Positions 1 to 10,988 are shown, numbered from the whole stretch's first letter. The stretch is 50,906 nt of DNA, filler included, from Catajapyx aquilonaris (GCA_000934665.2; 2 parts of 2 records of this genome joined end to end with filler, not necessarily neighbours in it); one strand, 5' to 3'. The notes: a model not told the origin generated them from the sequence alone. Made by a program: numbers and translations.

Positions 1-97
1 TTAGTTCATATGTTGGGTTAGCTTGCATCTCCCTTCATCGCTGACTACCCCTCATAGGGAAATGTCGTGATGTTGTTGTTGTTGTTGTTGTTGTTGT
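1..97 (+). mobile_element. 3' end of a non-LTR retroelement/SINE (~70 bp core plus (GTT)n tail), copy 1 of 3, cut by window start
   Basis: Core ttagttcatatgttgggttagcttgc..catcgctgactacccct(cat)agggaaatgtcg recurs at 15471 and 32194, each followed by a trinucleotide tail. Confidence 0.6.
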
Positions 98-142
98 ATC
101 TGGTATTGGCTGAACCTGTTTATTGTCTATTTCCTTCTACAA

Positions 143-689
143 GGGACGTACTAAAATGATTTACAATTTATTTTTTTTGCCACAAATACAAGGCCCTTGC
201 AGGTTGGCAGATAGGCAGACATTATTGATAGAACCCTCCTGGAGAGCAATGCGCTGGCACTACATGTGTGTCAACCTCTCCAGGCCCTCCAGGAACCATG
301 TTTTGGTGGTGCAACACACCAATACCGGGACAACTGGGCACAGTCAACAACTGTCAACAATGTCCTTGAAATGACTTTATCGAAGGGTTTTTTTTCCGTG
401 GATCTGTGTTTCGATGCTCCCACACCCGCTGTGCTCCCCAGGCCGGGCCCCCAGTAAATTTCAACAATTTAGAGCCATGTAAAATCACCTTCACCTTCAC
501 CAATGATATTTCAAGAACATTGTTGTCCAAAGCGTGGTTTCTGGAGGGCCTGGATGTTGACACACCTGTGGTATCAGTGCATTTGGCTCCAGGAGGGATC
601 TGTGGATATAATCGGTGCATCTCTGCCAACTGGCAAGGGCCCTGTATTTGTGGCAAAAAAATGAATTGTAAATCATTTTAGTATGGCCC
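143..689. mobile_element. MITE with ~170 bp imperfect terminal inverted repeats (GGG..CCC ends, possibly PIF/Harbinger-like)
   Basis: gggacgtactaaaatgatttacaatt..ttgccacaaatacaaggcccttgc at 143 is the reverse complement of gcaagggccctgtatttgtggcaa..aattgtaaatcattttagtatggccc ending 689; superfamily is inference. Confidence 0.7.
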
Positions 690-2014
690 TCATATTTGCT
701 TCTGCTCTGGACAAGTTGACTATTGAAAGATGCAAATAAGTGTGAATATTAAAATATCAAATTGACAGCATCAATGCAAAGGCTCATGTCTAGTCCTTGC
801 TTGTGTGATGAGACCTGTTCAGCCTGTTGCACCTTTCCTGAACAATGAAAGGTGTGAAATTTAATACACCATAAAATCCTTATCAAACCACCCTTGACCT
901 ATCAGCATGGCTTGACCGGATGACAGTTATTTTAGGAGTGGACTTGCCATCTCATCTGTTTACATCTGACATCTGAATTCAGGGTTAGAGGCAACCTTGT
1001 GAAACTATTTTTATGGCCTGCCGAGGTGGCAGCTCAGTCCTGCGCAAACGAGGAAATTTGGGAGCAACTTGTTGCCTGTCTACCCACCCAGGACGGCACA
1101 GCACATGGGCTCTCTTGGGGCAATCTGGGCATGCAGATTTCTCACAAGCTAGAAATTTGGGCTTGCTTGGCTGGCTGGGCCACGACACTTGTCCCCTCTA
1201 GTGGGCAACATGAATACTGGGATTATGTATGCCAGTTGCCTTCCCCCCATGTTTCCTTGTTTGCACCGGGCCTTAGGTGACTGGCTTTGTGTCAGGGATT
1301 TCTGAAAGGCACAATATTTATTTATTCTGGCCTGCTGAATGTGCAGTGTGGAGGTGAAACACCCTGTCACATGCTAATGGAATAGATACAGTCAGTAAGT
1401 AGTTGGTCTGTCCCACCACCCCCACCCGAGGTACTGGGGAAGTCAGTATAAAGTAGTATCACAATTTACATCAGAAAAGCTGCTTTTATATGGGCAAGAT
1501 GTTAACAGCAGGAGTTAATTCTTGGATACAAAGCCACTATTAATAGGTTGACCAAGAAACCGAGAGCAACTGGTCCATAGATGTGAGCTTTTTTTACAGT
1601 GCATATTTCCAGGTTCCAGATAATTACAATCATTGCATAAAAATAACTACATGTAACTAAATCTTCTGAAATGACCTAAACTGAAAAGTTAAACATTGCT
1701 GAGTTGCATGTTGAAATTACGACCTGAAATTAAATACAGTGTTATGTGCATAGAATACTCTGTTCACTACCATCACTTCTGCCAAACCTCTCTGGCACTT
1801 CTTGGTACTGTCTTCATCATGTCTTCATTCACAAATGCTTTTGCAATGTTGTGAACAAGCCTACTTACTGTGAGGGGGTGATTGCCTAACTTCAACATTT
1901 TTATACGTTTTGCACAAATGCACCTTCCAATTTGTTTGAGTTTGGTGAATGCGTGGACTAGTGCACACACCAAGGAAATTTAGTCATTTTTTGACACTCG
2001 TGAAATTTAATATA

Positions 2015-2833
2015 CAGTAAAACTTCCCTAAGTCGAAGAAAATTATGAGCTTGGTTGGTCACAATGTAAAATAATGGGAAATTTCTATTTTTATTTATAT
2101 TTATTTACACCCCATTGGGAGAGTAGGCGCTCCATTAGGGGGGTGGAGTACCACCATTGGATGGGGCCAAGGATAGGAAGGAAGGAGACGGCTGTGGCAT
2201 ATTGTATGGAAACAACCCCGGAATTATCCTGGGGGGACCATGGAAATCCACAGAAAACTACGGTCAGGGTTGCCAGCCCCGGGATTCGAACCCAGGACCT
2301 CCCGATTAGCAGTCGGACTCCTTAACCACCACCCCAACTCGCTTCGGTGATAATAGGAAATAAACTTCCCTAACTCGAATTTCTATAACTGGGAAATTCT
2401 CCATAACTCGAAGTGCAGGCAGGGCCTTTCGATGGGATATCAATGCATTTTCAGTCTCCCTAAGTCGAAGTTCATGTTGGTGAGTATGGAAAATTTTCTC
2501 ATTTTCCAGCCGAAGAGTCGAGAGTAGGCCACATGTACAGAAAGGCTCAATTTCTACTAGACGTACTGAAAGAAGTGTTTGACTCGATTGTAACAATAGA
2601 ATCTTTGAATCTAAGAGTAGGCAAATGTCCATAATGGAGATTTTTTTTTTTACAACAAAGCAACGAGGAACATAATAAGTGTGATAGTGACAGTTATTTT
2701 TAAGTTTTGAACACCTTTCATCGCTGGATATACAGGTAGGCTTTAAAGATTCCAAACTTCTCTAACTCGGATCTTCTATAACTCGTAGTGTTTTTCACGT
2801 TCCATGGAGATTCGACTTATAGAAGTTTTACTT
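2015..2833. mobile_element. Tc1/mariner-like non-autonomous element carrying a nested SINE
   Basis: TA|cagtaaaacttccctaagtcgaa at 2015 vs ttcgacttatagaagttttactt at 2811-2833; internal TAACTCGAA-type repeats. Confidence 0.6.
2085..2348 (-). mobile_element. tRNA-derived SINE, family B copy 1 (tRNA-Ser(GCT)-like head, tail type 1)
   Basis: Minus strand accgaagcgagttggggtggtggttaaggagtccgactgctaatcgggaggtcctgggttcgaatccc (A/B boxes), A-rich tail, imperfect TSD ataat(g/a)ggaaat at 2071-2082 and 2350-2361. Confidence 0.8.
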
Positions 2834-2884
2834 TGCCAACTTAGGATCTGGAAACGTGCTCTTTCTTCCAATATTAGTTGAAAC

Positions 2885-3227
2885 GGGGGGAGGTGAAGTG
2901 CCGCTGAGGTAACGTACGCGCCCACGGATATTCAGGTCCTGGGTTCGATCCCCACCCGGGGTTCCCACCTTTATCCGTGCAGAGTTGAGCCATCTCTGGC
3001 TTCACTTCGTGTGGCAATTTCCGACAGACTAAGCCACCCGGGGGAGCTCACAAAATGACCATTAGAGACATTGCACTTGCACTTTGCACATCCCCTCCTA
3101 CCTACCCTGGAGTAATTAATTAAGATCTTATATGGCTCCAATTTCCGATGGTGGTAATCCACCCCCCTAAAGGACATGGTAAATCCCAATGGGGTAATGC
3201 AAAAAAAATAAAAATAAAAATAAAAAA
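2885..3227 (+). mobile_element. tRNA-derived SINE, family A copy 1 (tail type 1, A-rich end)
   Basis: B box ggttcgatccc at ~2942; body homologous to 29453 and 36068 copies; flanking agttgaa(a)c duplication. Confidence 0.85.
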
Positions 3228-3461
3228 GTTGAACGGGAATTCAATTGGAACATAATTATGCGAAATAATCACCTAGACTAGGGCAGTGTGCCGTCATCAT
3301 TCTTTATTTTCAATTCCATATGCATATTGTAGAAATTACTGTGTGACAGGTATTTAATTGATATTAATTTAATTCTACCATGATTGACACGAAATAACAA
3401 GGCAGAAAATATTACGAAGTGTCTATGTAAATCACAGGATAATATGTGATTTTTTTGACAG

Positions 3462-3631
3462 ATGACATCGAGTGACAAGGACTTCAGGTTTATGGCCACC
3501 AATGACCTGATGTCGGAGCTGCAGAAGGACTCGATAAAACTGGATGATGACTCAGAAAGGAAAGTTGTGAAGATGCTTCTGAGGTTGCTGGAAGACAAGA
3601 ATGGGGAGGTGCAAAATCTTGCTGTCAAGTG
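3462..3631 (+). CDS. CAND1: CAND1 (cullin-associated NEDD8-dissociated protein 1) first coding exon seen; upstream ~14 aa exon not found in window
   Basis: [56 protein letters not shown] matches the CAND1 N-terminus; ttttgacag acceptor, TG|gtatgt donor. Confidence 0.95.
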
Positions 3632-3796
3632 GTATGTTTATATATTGAAGTAAGACCAACTTGCTTGAGTCGATCATTGCCAGAATATGATTGTTGCCTA
3701 ACAGGCTACAAATTGCAATTTTCCCAACATTTCAAAATAAAGCTGCATGAACTTAACCTGGAAGGAGTTGGAAAAGCTTATGGAGTGATTCAATCT

Positions 3797-4005
3797 GGAG
3801 TGTATTCAGAGTATCCGGGTCATTTTTAGTTATCGCAAATTTCAGCCAAGTTATTTTTGTGCAGCTTTTTGCACCTCTATCCAGGTACCCAATTACTCCT
3901 AGGTGTGGTCAATATTACAGCTGCTATGCAGTACAATAATTGAGCACCTCAATTGGGTTGCAAAAAGCCATAGCTAAAATGACCCAGGTACTTGGACCAC
4001 ACTGT
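3797..4005. mobile_element. Degenerate Tc1/mariner-type MITE, same family as 5450-5680 and 41392-41631
   Basis: gggtcatttttagtta vs tagctaaaatgaccc inverted; shared internal atccaggt..aatat..agc..gctat motif; ends approximate. Confidence 0.5.
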
Positions 4006-4397
4006 GTAATTGTGACATATGGTTATGTATCAGTGCGCCCTATTTGTGTGAATAATACAGATAATATTTTGGGCTGCTCATTTAGTACTGATTGAAGGAC
4101 AGAAATGAAAGAGAGGTGGGAGATAAATAACAGTGATTTGGACCAAGTTGCTTATTGAGCCCTGGTAACATCTGCCCCAAGACACCCCACCCCACCACCA
4201 TCTAGTATTTTAGTGGGAGACATCCGCAACATAGGCAACTTTTCTGATACACCGTTTTTATGGTCAGATGCAAACCTTCCAGGACATATTGTACGAGTAC
4301 TACACGATACATAGCCCATTATCTCAGTTACATAGTTGCACTCGATTCACGAAATGCAAAAAATGCCCTTGTGTAAAATATGTTCTATTAATTTTTG

Positions 4398-4751
4398 GGA
4401 TAGAGTTGGCCTTTCTGGCATGCGGGAGGGTAGTAGTCGGTGGGGGCAGCAGGCTGTGTCTCAAAGGCAAGGATAAAGGCGAGGATAAAGGATAGGTGTG
4501 TATCCGCTGAAGATAGGTCTGTATGGCTAAAGATAGGTCTGTATGGCTAAAGATAGGTCTGTATGGCTAAAGATAGGTCTGTATTCGCAATGAAGGAAGG
4601 TTAGGCTTGGTTAGGTTAGGTTGGTACAGCATACCCCTTCCAAAATCCAAAAAATCAATCTTTGCATCCTTGCCTTTGCGACACAGCCAAGCTGCCCCCA
4701 GCCACCAATCACCCTGCCGCCTCCCGCACGCCAGTAGGGGTTACTCTTTCC
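4398..4751. mobile_element. MULE-like MITE with ~90 bp TIRs, internal 20-bp tandem repeat and TTAGG-like tract
   Basis: ggatagagt..ctggcatgcgggagg vs cctcccgcacgccag..actctttcc; exact 8-bp TSD aatttttg at 4390-4397 and 4752-4759. Confidence 0.75.
4510..4584 (+). repeat. Tandem repeat, 20-bp unit aagataggtctgtatggcta x ~3.7
   Basis: Identical head-to-tail units, no spacers. Confidence 0.95.
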
Positions 4752-4844
4752 AATTTTTGTGCAGGTAGATGAGTGTTACTTTTCCCATCGTAGATGAGCC
4801 TGCTGCAGGACAAAAGTTTAATGTTGCTAATATATTGTTTACAG

Positions 4845-5058
4845 CCTGGGGCCCCTCGTAAACAAGGTAAAAGAGTACCAGGTGGAAACTGTGGTGGATG
4901 CCCTGTGCAACAATATGCTGTCTGAGAAGGAGCAACTGCGTGATATTTCGAGCATTGGCCTGAAGACTGTCATATGTGAGCTGCCCCTGGCTTCTGGTCC
5001 CCTTGCAGCCAGCGTATGCAAGCGTATCACTGGACGGCTCACCAGTGCCATTGCCAAG
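4845..5058 (+). CDS. CAND1: CAND1 exon ([24 protein letters not shown])
   Basis: tttacag acceptor, phase fits previous exon (TG+C=Cys), AAG|gtatgt donor. Confidence 0.95.
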
Positions 5059-5120
5059 GTATGTAGTTTTCAAAATGGCAGTCCATTGTGAAGGTCTTAC
5101 CATTGCATTTAAATATTCAG

Positions 5121-5269
5121 CAGGAGGATGTATCAGTACAGCTGGAAGCACTTGACATTCTGGGAGACCTCCTGTCACGATTTGGTGGCCTCTTGGTCAC
5201 TTTCCACTCAACTATCCTGGAGGCCTTGCTGCCCCAGCTGGCCTCACCTCGTCAGGCTGTCCGAAAAAG
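5121..5269 (+). CDS. CAND1: CAND1 exon ([22 protein letters not shown])
   Basis: ttcag acceptor (NAGNAG), AG|gtgtga donor, conserved CAND1 peptide. Confidence 0.93.
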
Positions 5270-5449
5270 GTGTGATTGTGTGCATTTTTTCTTAGCTTGT
5301 TCATTGACAAGGTTCAGTCCTGATCCTTAAATCATCCGGGCTTTGGATTATGACATTTCTCTAGGAGCACTTGAAGGCTGTGCTGGCTGCTAACAACATG
5401 GATCCAGCACTGGGAGGTGATGCGCTGGTGAAAGCTCCTGACAAGCATA

Positions 5450-5680
5450 CAGGGTGTTCCAGTGGTTTTTTTATAACTCATATCACCTGATATTAATTAT
5501 ATTTTTGTAGCTTGTTGTGCCCCGATCCAGGTTCCTCATTACACCCAAGGTGTCGAATATAGCAGTTGCTATAGAATGGGGCAACTGATTAGCGGCACAA
5601 GCTACTTAAATAAACTACTACTACTACTACTGGGTGATATCAGTTATTTAAAAAACAACCGGCAAATTTGGAACACCCTG
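5450..5680. mobile_element. Tc1/mariner-type MITE with nested internal hairpins
   Basis: TA|cagggtgttcca ... tggaacaccctg|TA; internal tagcttg(t)tgtgcc / ggcacaagcta inverted pair. Confidence 0.75.
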
Positions 5681-6165
5681 TATTGACCAGAATAGTGTAC
5701 ATGCAACGTTTATTTTTATGCAGGCATCTGATGTACACACAGCTTTAACAAATAGGCTCCTGCATATGTGCATGACAAATTTCCCCTGTTCTATGTGACT
5801 ATCCAATCAGCTTTTTCCAATTGTGACTATACATATGAATGATCTGGGGCTCCTGCCCATATGCACATTGTGCTTGTAAGGTTGCATTAAGCCAGTCAAA
5901 TGTAACAAAGTGAAATTTGATGCCATATTTCTTTATATATTAGTGAAAAAATTATGCAATGCAAGTGTCAGCTTGAAAAATGAAATGTGCAGTTTTCCAG
6001 ATTTGCATTTCTACAGTATTGTCAGCGAATGAATGCCATGACGTCACACGAAAACATCACTACTGTGCAGTAATTTTTGGCACTAGGGAGGATTCGAAGG
6101 GGTGACTATATCTCTAACAATGAGTGACCTCCACTCACAACCAAAGAGTTCTGCTATAATATATA

Positions 6166-6575
6166 CAGGGTGAAGGGAAACACGCGGACAATCGCCGGGT
6201 AAACTTATAGTGCCCGCAAAACTAATATAGGGATGTGCAATTAGTTTTTGGCTCCGTTACATTGCGTACGCCGCCCTTAAAGTGTAGAGGGCCGGATAGT
6301 GGGATATATTTGAGGCAAAAACAACAAAGTGCATGGGTGTAGTAACCGGATTCTTACTCCGACGGGATTTGATAGCCTTTTGCACATGGACAATGTGTTA
6401 GGGGACCAAGGCAAGGGACTGGAGGCGCTCGAACTGACGTGATGTCACGAAACATTGAAGGCGCCGTACGCATTAATTATGCAACGGCGACCGAAACTAA
6501 TTGCACATTCCTATATTAGTTTTACGAGTACTATCAGTCTACCTGGCGATTGTCCGCGAGTTTCCCTTCACCCTG
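6166..6575. mobile_element. Tc1/mariner-type MITE, CAGGGTGAAGGGAAAC family copy 1 (~110 bp TIRs, small internal deletion)
   Basis: TA|cagggtgaagggaaacacgcggacaatcgcc ... ggcgattgtccgcgagtttcccttcaccctg; homologous to 26738-27179 and 46698-47136. Confidence 0.9.
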
Positions 6576-6960
6576 TGTGTGTGTGTATACACACACGCAC
6601 ACCTAGAGAGAGCACTTGGGGTGGAATGTGAGGCAGGCAGCAAATTTTCCAAATATTTACACTCATCTGGTCTAATTATGTCCTTTTCTCAGTAACCCAT
6701 CATATGCCAGTTTTCATACTCCACTCAGTGCAAGCGAATTCACTAGCAGGAAAACCAATTCATTTAAGTGGTAGTACAGTATAGGTAATTTTAATATACC
6801 AAAGTGACCTTGCTTTAATATTTTGTTGATATTCAGAAAGGTTTCTGGTGTGCTCCCCATCCCGAAAATTAGTTTTAGCTAGGTTGTTTGTGATCTGAAA
6901 AATTGCTATGTCATAAGATGCCTATTGTGTCACTATAATAAATTGCTATTATCTTTACAG

Positions 6961-7556
6961 GACTATCATAGCATGTGGTCACTTGGTAATGGCATGCAGC
7001 CATCCATTGTACGTGAAACTGATTGATTTCCTTCTGGAGCAACTGGCACGCAACGAGTCGACCTCCACCACTCGCACATACATCCAGTGTGTGGCAGCCA
7101 TCTGCAGACAGGCTGGACACCGGTTTGGGGAACACTTAGAGAGGGTGATGCCCTTGGTGGTACAATACAGTCGCCTGGAAGATGATGAACTTCGAGAGAA
7201 CTGTCTGCAGGCATGCGAGGCCTTTGTGCACAAGTGCCCTGAGGAGGTGGCTCCTCATCTGGGATCAGTCATTCAGCTGTGCTTGGAATACCTCACCTAT
7301 GACCCCAACTACAACTACGATGATGATGAGGATGACAGTGGCGGAGCAGAGGGAATGGATACAGAGGAGGATGGTGGTGGGGGTCCAGGTGGTGGAGAGG
7401 ATGAGGATGATGATGAATATTCTGATGATGATGACCTAAGTTGGAAAGTGCGAAGGGCGGCAGCCAAGTGTCTAGAGGCAGTTGTGTCAACTAGAAGAGA
7501 GATGCTTCCAGACTTTTACAGGCTTATCTCCCCTGTGCTCATCTCGCGCTTCAAGG
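6961..7556 (+). CDS. CAND1: CAND1 exon (TIIACGHLV..YDPNYNYDD acidic loop..SWKVRRAAAKCL..ISRFK)
   Basis: ctttacag acceptor, G|gtcagt donor, hallmark CAND1 motifs. Confidence 0.96.
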
Positions 7557-7740
7557 GTCAGTATATCCTCTTAAGATGTTGGTAAACCTTGCTTGTCTGA
7601 CATGGTCCAGTCAAGAAAATGTCCAAAGATTAGCTTTGATATGCCTTCTAACATTATTTTGTCCAGATTGGTCCTAAGAATATTACTGGGTTACCAATAA
7701 GGTGACATTCATAATGTGTGTGTTGATCTTATCCTTCCAG

Positions 7741-8310
7741 AGCGAGAGGAAAACGTGAAGTCCGATATATTCCATGCTTATGTCGCTCTTCTGAAACAGA
7801 CCCGACATGTAATGGGAATGGTTCCAATGCATATGCCTGCACCTGCTCCAGAATCAGTTGATGTAGATATGTACCTTGGGACTTACATTCCTCCCAAAGA
7901 TTCCTCTGCTGAGGACAATCCAGTTGTCCTCCTACAGCGCCAAGTGCCCCAGATGGTGCGAGCAGTACATCGCCAGATGCGTGAAAAGAGCTCCAAAACA
8001 CGTCAGGGTTGTTTTGCCCTACTTACTGAGTTGGTGCTGGTGCTTCCTGGTGCCTTGGCTGACCACCTCTCTGCGCTTGTCCCTGGGGTTCAGCTGTCTC
8101 TTGGAGAGAAGAATGTGAGCAGCAACATGAAGATTGACACCCTGGCTTTCCTACATGTGCTGATGACATCCCATGCACCGGAGGTGTTTCACCCGCATGT
8201 GCACCAGTTGTTGCCTCCAATTATTGGGGCTGTCAATGACTCCTTCTACAAGATCACTTCGGAAGCACTTTTAGTGCTGCAGCAACTTGTCAGGGTCATA
8301 CGTCCTCTAG
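7741..8310 (+). CDS. CAND1: CAND1 exon (EREENVKSDIF..LVRVIRPL)
   Basis: ttccag acceptor, G|gtaagt donor, conserved peptides. Confidence 0.95.
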
Positions 8311-8635
8311 GTAAGTTACTGACTGCACCTTTTTTGTTCGTTTGGGAATGTGGGATGCATGTAATAAGTTAGAGGCGGTTCACCAACAGTGCCCAAGCAC
8401 CACACTCAGCTAAGTGCTTCCCAGCGTTTGCAGACTACTCAGGCTCGTAACAGTTTCACCGTCTCCCCTCAAGTGGAAGCTACTGATCCAAGTAAGGAGA
8501 ATATTTTGCACTGGTAATGACATGTTCATTTCCAAAATGAAAATTTGACCCAGTTTCAGGTTTAAATGAGAGCTTGGCAGATTTTCAGCTTTAAAAGGAG
8601 ATATCTAGCCTGTCACATGGCAAAATTCATATTAA

Positions 8636-9160
8636 CCCCTTGAGCCCCAGCCGCCTAAAATCTAGGCGCTGAGAACTCGACCGCCAGGTACCAGGAATAC
8701 CCGCCACCACCTAGTTTTCTGCTTACTCGTGCTCTGAAGATATGAACGAGATATTTTACAAATAATAATAGCTCTACTTACCCATTCAGGGAAAACGTTA
8801 TGAATGTGTTGAAAACAATTTCCCTCCCGTAGAAGTCCCTAAATTACTTTACAAAAATGCCGCTGTAAAAACCCAAAATTAGAGTTCTGCCGGCCAACTG
8901 TTAGGTTGATTTAGTTATGAAATACGTTACAATATATGGAATAACAATTTTGAGAAGGGTGCCAAATGGATTTTCTCAAATCGTCGTACTTTTCGAGAAA
9001 CAAGTAAATTTTGGAGTAATCCGAAGTGACAGGCAAGTTGCAGAAAAGTATTACTTTATTTCTCAGAAAGTACAACTATTTCAACAGTCTTCTGGCATGG
9101 TTCTCAAGATTGTTATTCTGTACTGTATTACCTCTCATAGTGCGGCGCCGGTATAAAGCA
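8636..9160. mobile_element. Fragment of a piggyBac-like non-autonomous element (left end), related to 31100-31338
   Basis: TTAA|ccccttgagc start; ttctg(c)cggccaactgttag..ttatgaaata shared with 31193-31230 which ends gaagggg|TTAA; right boundary approximate. Confidence 0.45.
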
Positions 9161-9582
9161 AGGTCGACCAGCATGCAGCAGTGACAATGCTACAGTTCCC
9201 GCCCCCCCCACACACACACACACACAATTTTCTACATATGCTCAGTCTATTTGGACACTCAGAACATGGCCAACAATCTATTTGGAGACACGTTAACTTA
9301 CATTTTTAATTTTTTTGCAAATTAGTTGTTGTTTTTAAGTAGAAACTTGCCTATTACAGAAAATCTTTGCAGAATGAAGTGTTTCACTATATTAAGGCTT
9401 CACTGTGTCAGGTCAAAAATGAACCGTCATGATCTAGAAGAAAATAGTACCAAGTCTACCTCCTGATTTTGCTAAAATTTCTGAGATAAAGATAAGGCCA
9501 AGGACTTCGGGCTGGTTCCCCCATCCACCCACACAAGTCGAAGTTTAATTTGCAAATAATGTACTCAATATATTATTTCCAG

Positions 9583-10346
9583 ATTCACCCGGCAACTTTG
9601 ATTTTACTCCATTTACCCGTGAGCTGTACCAGTGCACCCTGGTTCGACTGAAGGCTGCAGATATTGACCAAGAAGTAAAAGAGCGTGCCATCTCATGCAT
9701 GGGACAGATTATCTGCAATCTGGGTGATCACCTGCAGGATGAGCTGCCTACCTTTCTCCCGCTCTTTTTGGACCGCCTTCGCAATGAGATCACCCGTCTC
9801 ACCACTGTCAAGGCCTTGACCAAGATTGCAGGTTCTCCCTTACGCATTGACCTTCGACCAATCATGTCTGAGGCTGTCCCCATCTTGGCATCCTTCCTTC
9901 GCAAGAACCAGCGTGCACTAAAGCTGTCAACTTTGACCCTGCTAGACACATTGGTGAAAAACTACAGCAATGCCCTCAATACTGAAATGCTGGACAAGGT
10001 TCTAATCGAGTTGCCTCCTCTTCTTAATGAGTCGGATCTACACATTGCCCAGATGACCCTCACATTGCTAACCTCAATTGCTCGCCTGCATCGTGCATCA
10101 GTGCGGCGCATGTCTGATGCAATTTTGCCTGAGATTATGGTGCTGGTGAGGTCACCACTTCTGCAGGGTGGTGCCTTGTTGGCCCTTCTTGAGTTCTTCC
10201 AGGCACTGGTTACTGCTGGATTGCCTGGTTTGTCACATGCAGAGCTGTTGGCACAGTTAATAGCACCTATTGTTGGAGGAGGGGCAGCTACACCCACTGT
10301 TGGGGCTGGTGGTGCTGCATCACAGCAGCAAACTGTACATAAGCAG
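9583..10346 (+). CDS. CAND1: CAND1 exon (DSPGNFDF..DIDQEVKERAISCMGQII..VHKQ)
   Basis: atttccag acceptor, CAG|gtaaat donor, RLRNEITRLTTVKAL and SFLRKNQRALKL motifs. Confidence 0.96.
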
Positions 10347-10637
10347 GTAAATGAATTTTTGAATCCCCTTCTGTGTTAGTTTCATCTACATATATTCCTG
10401 AACCAAGCTCTTGTGGATGTCCTGTTGTGCCACGCTTATCAGATGCAAGCCATGACAACTCCCCACCTCCTGGAGGGCCTTATATCCTGAACTTATTGCA
10501 ATTGAGTGTAGATTTGAGTGGTGTGGTGGGAAAAGGTGATAACCCACGGAAGTGTAATTTTTCAGGAGAGCGAATTTAAGCTTGCATTATCTTAACAAAT
10601 TATAGGGAATGCATGTTTTAACTTAGTCTGTGTTGCA

Positions 10638-10923
10638 ACCGAAGCAGTTTGGAGGAGGGGATATGGTGTCCGACTGCTAATCGGGAGGTCCTGGGATCAA
10701 ATCCCGGGGCCGGCAACTCTGACCGTGGTGGTCTGTGGTTTCCCACGGTCCTTCCAGGAAAATTCCAGACTTGCTTCCGTAATTAAGTAATTAATAGGCC
10801 ACAGCCGCTTCCTTTCGTCCCTATCCTTTCCCGAAGAGCTCAGTAAAATGAAAGCAAAGAGTTCCAGGCAAAACAAACTTCCCCCCTAAAGAGCCGATGG
10901 CTGATAACTGGGTATAAATTATT

Positions 10924-10988
<65 letters not shown>

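Noticed and set aside
2280..2348. tRNA-Ser(GCT)-like gene (and tRNA-like heads at 2885, 10638, 29453, 36068, 36648, 41035, 42021)
   Set aside because: No intact acceptor stem; each continues into a shared body, tail and TSD, so these are SINE heads.
4510..4584. CRISPR-like repeat array
   Set aside because: Contiguous 20-bp units without spacers, inside a MITE in a eukaryotic intron; no cas genes.
4598..4624. Telomere
   Set aside because: Only a few degenerate TTAGG units internal to a transposon.
10875..10918. Twister or hammerhead ribozyme in the SINE 3' motif
   Set aside because: CC-UAA start recalls twister, but the remaining conserved core and pseudoknot partners are absent; CTGATGA hits (e.g. 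26496, 49111) lack a paired GAAA core.
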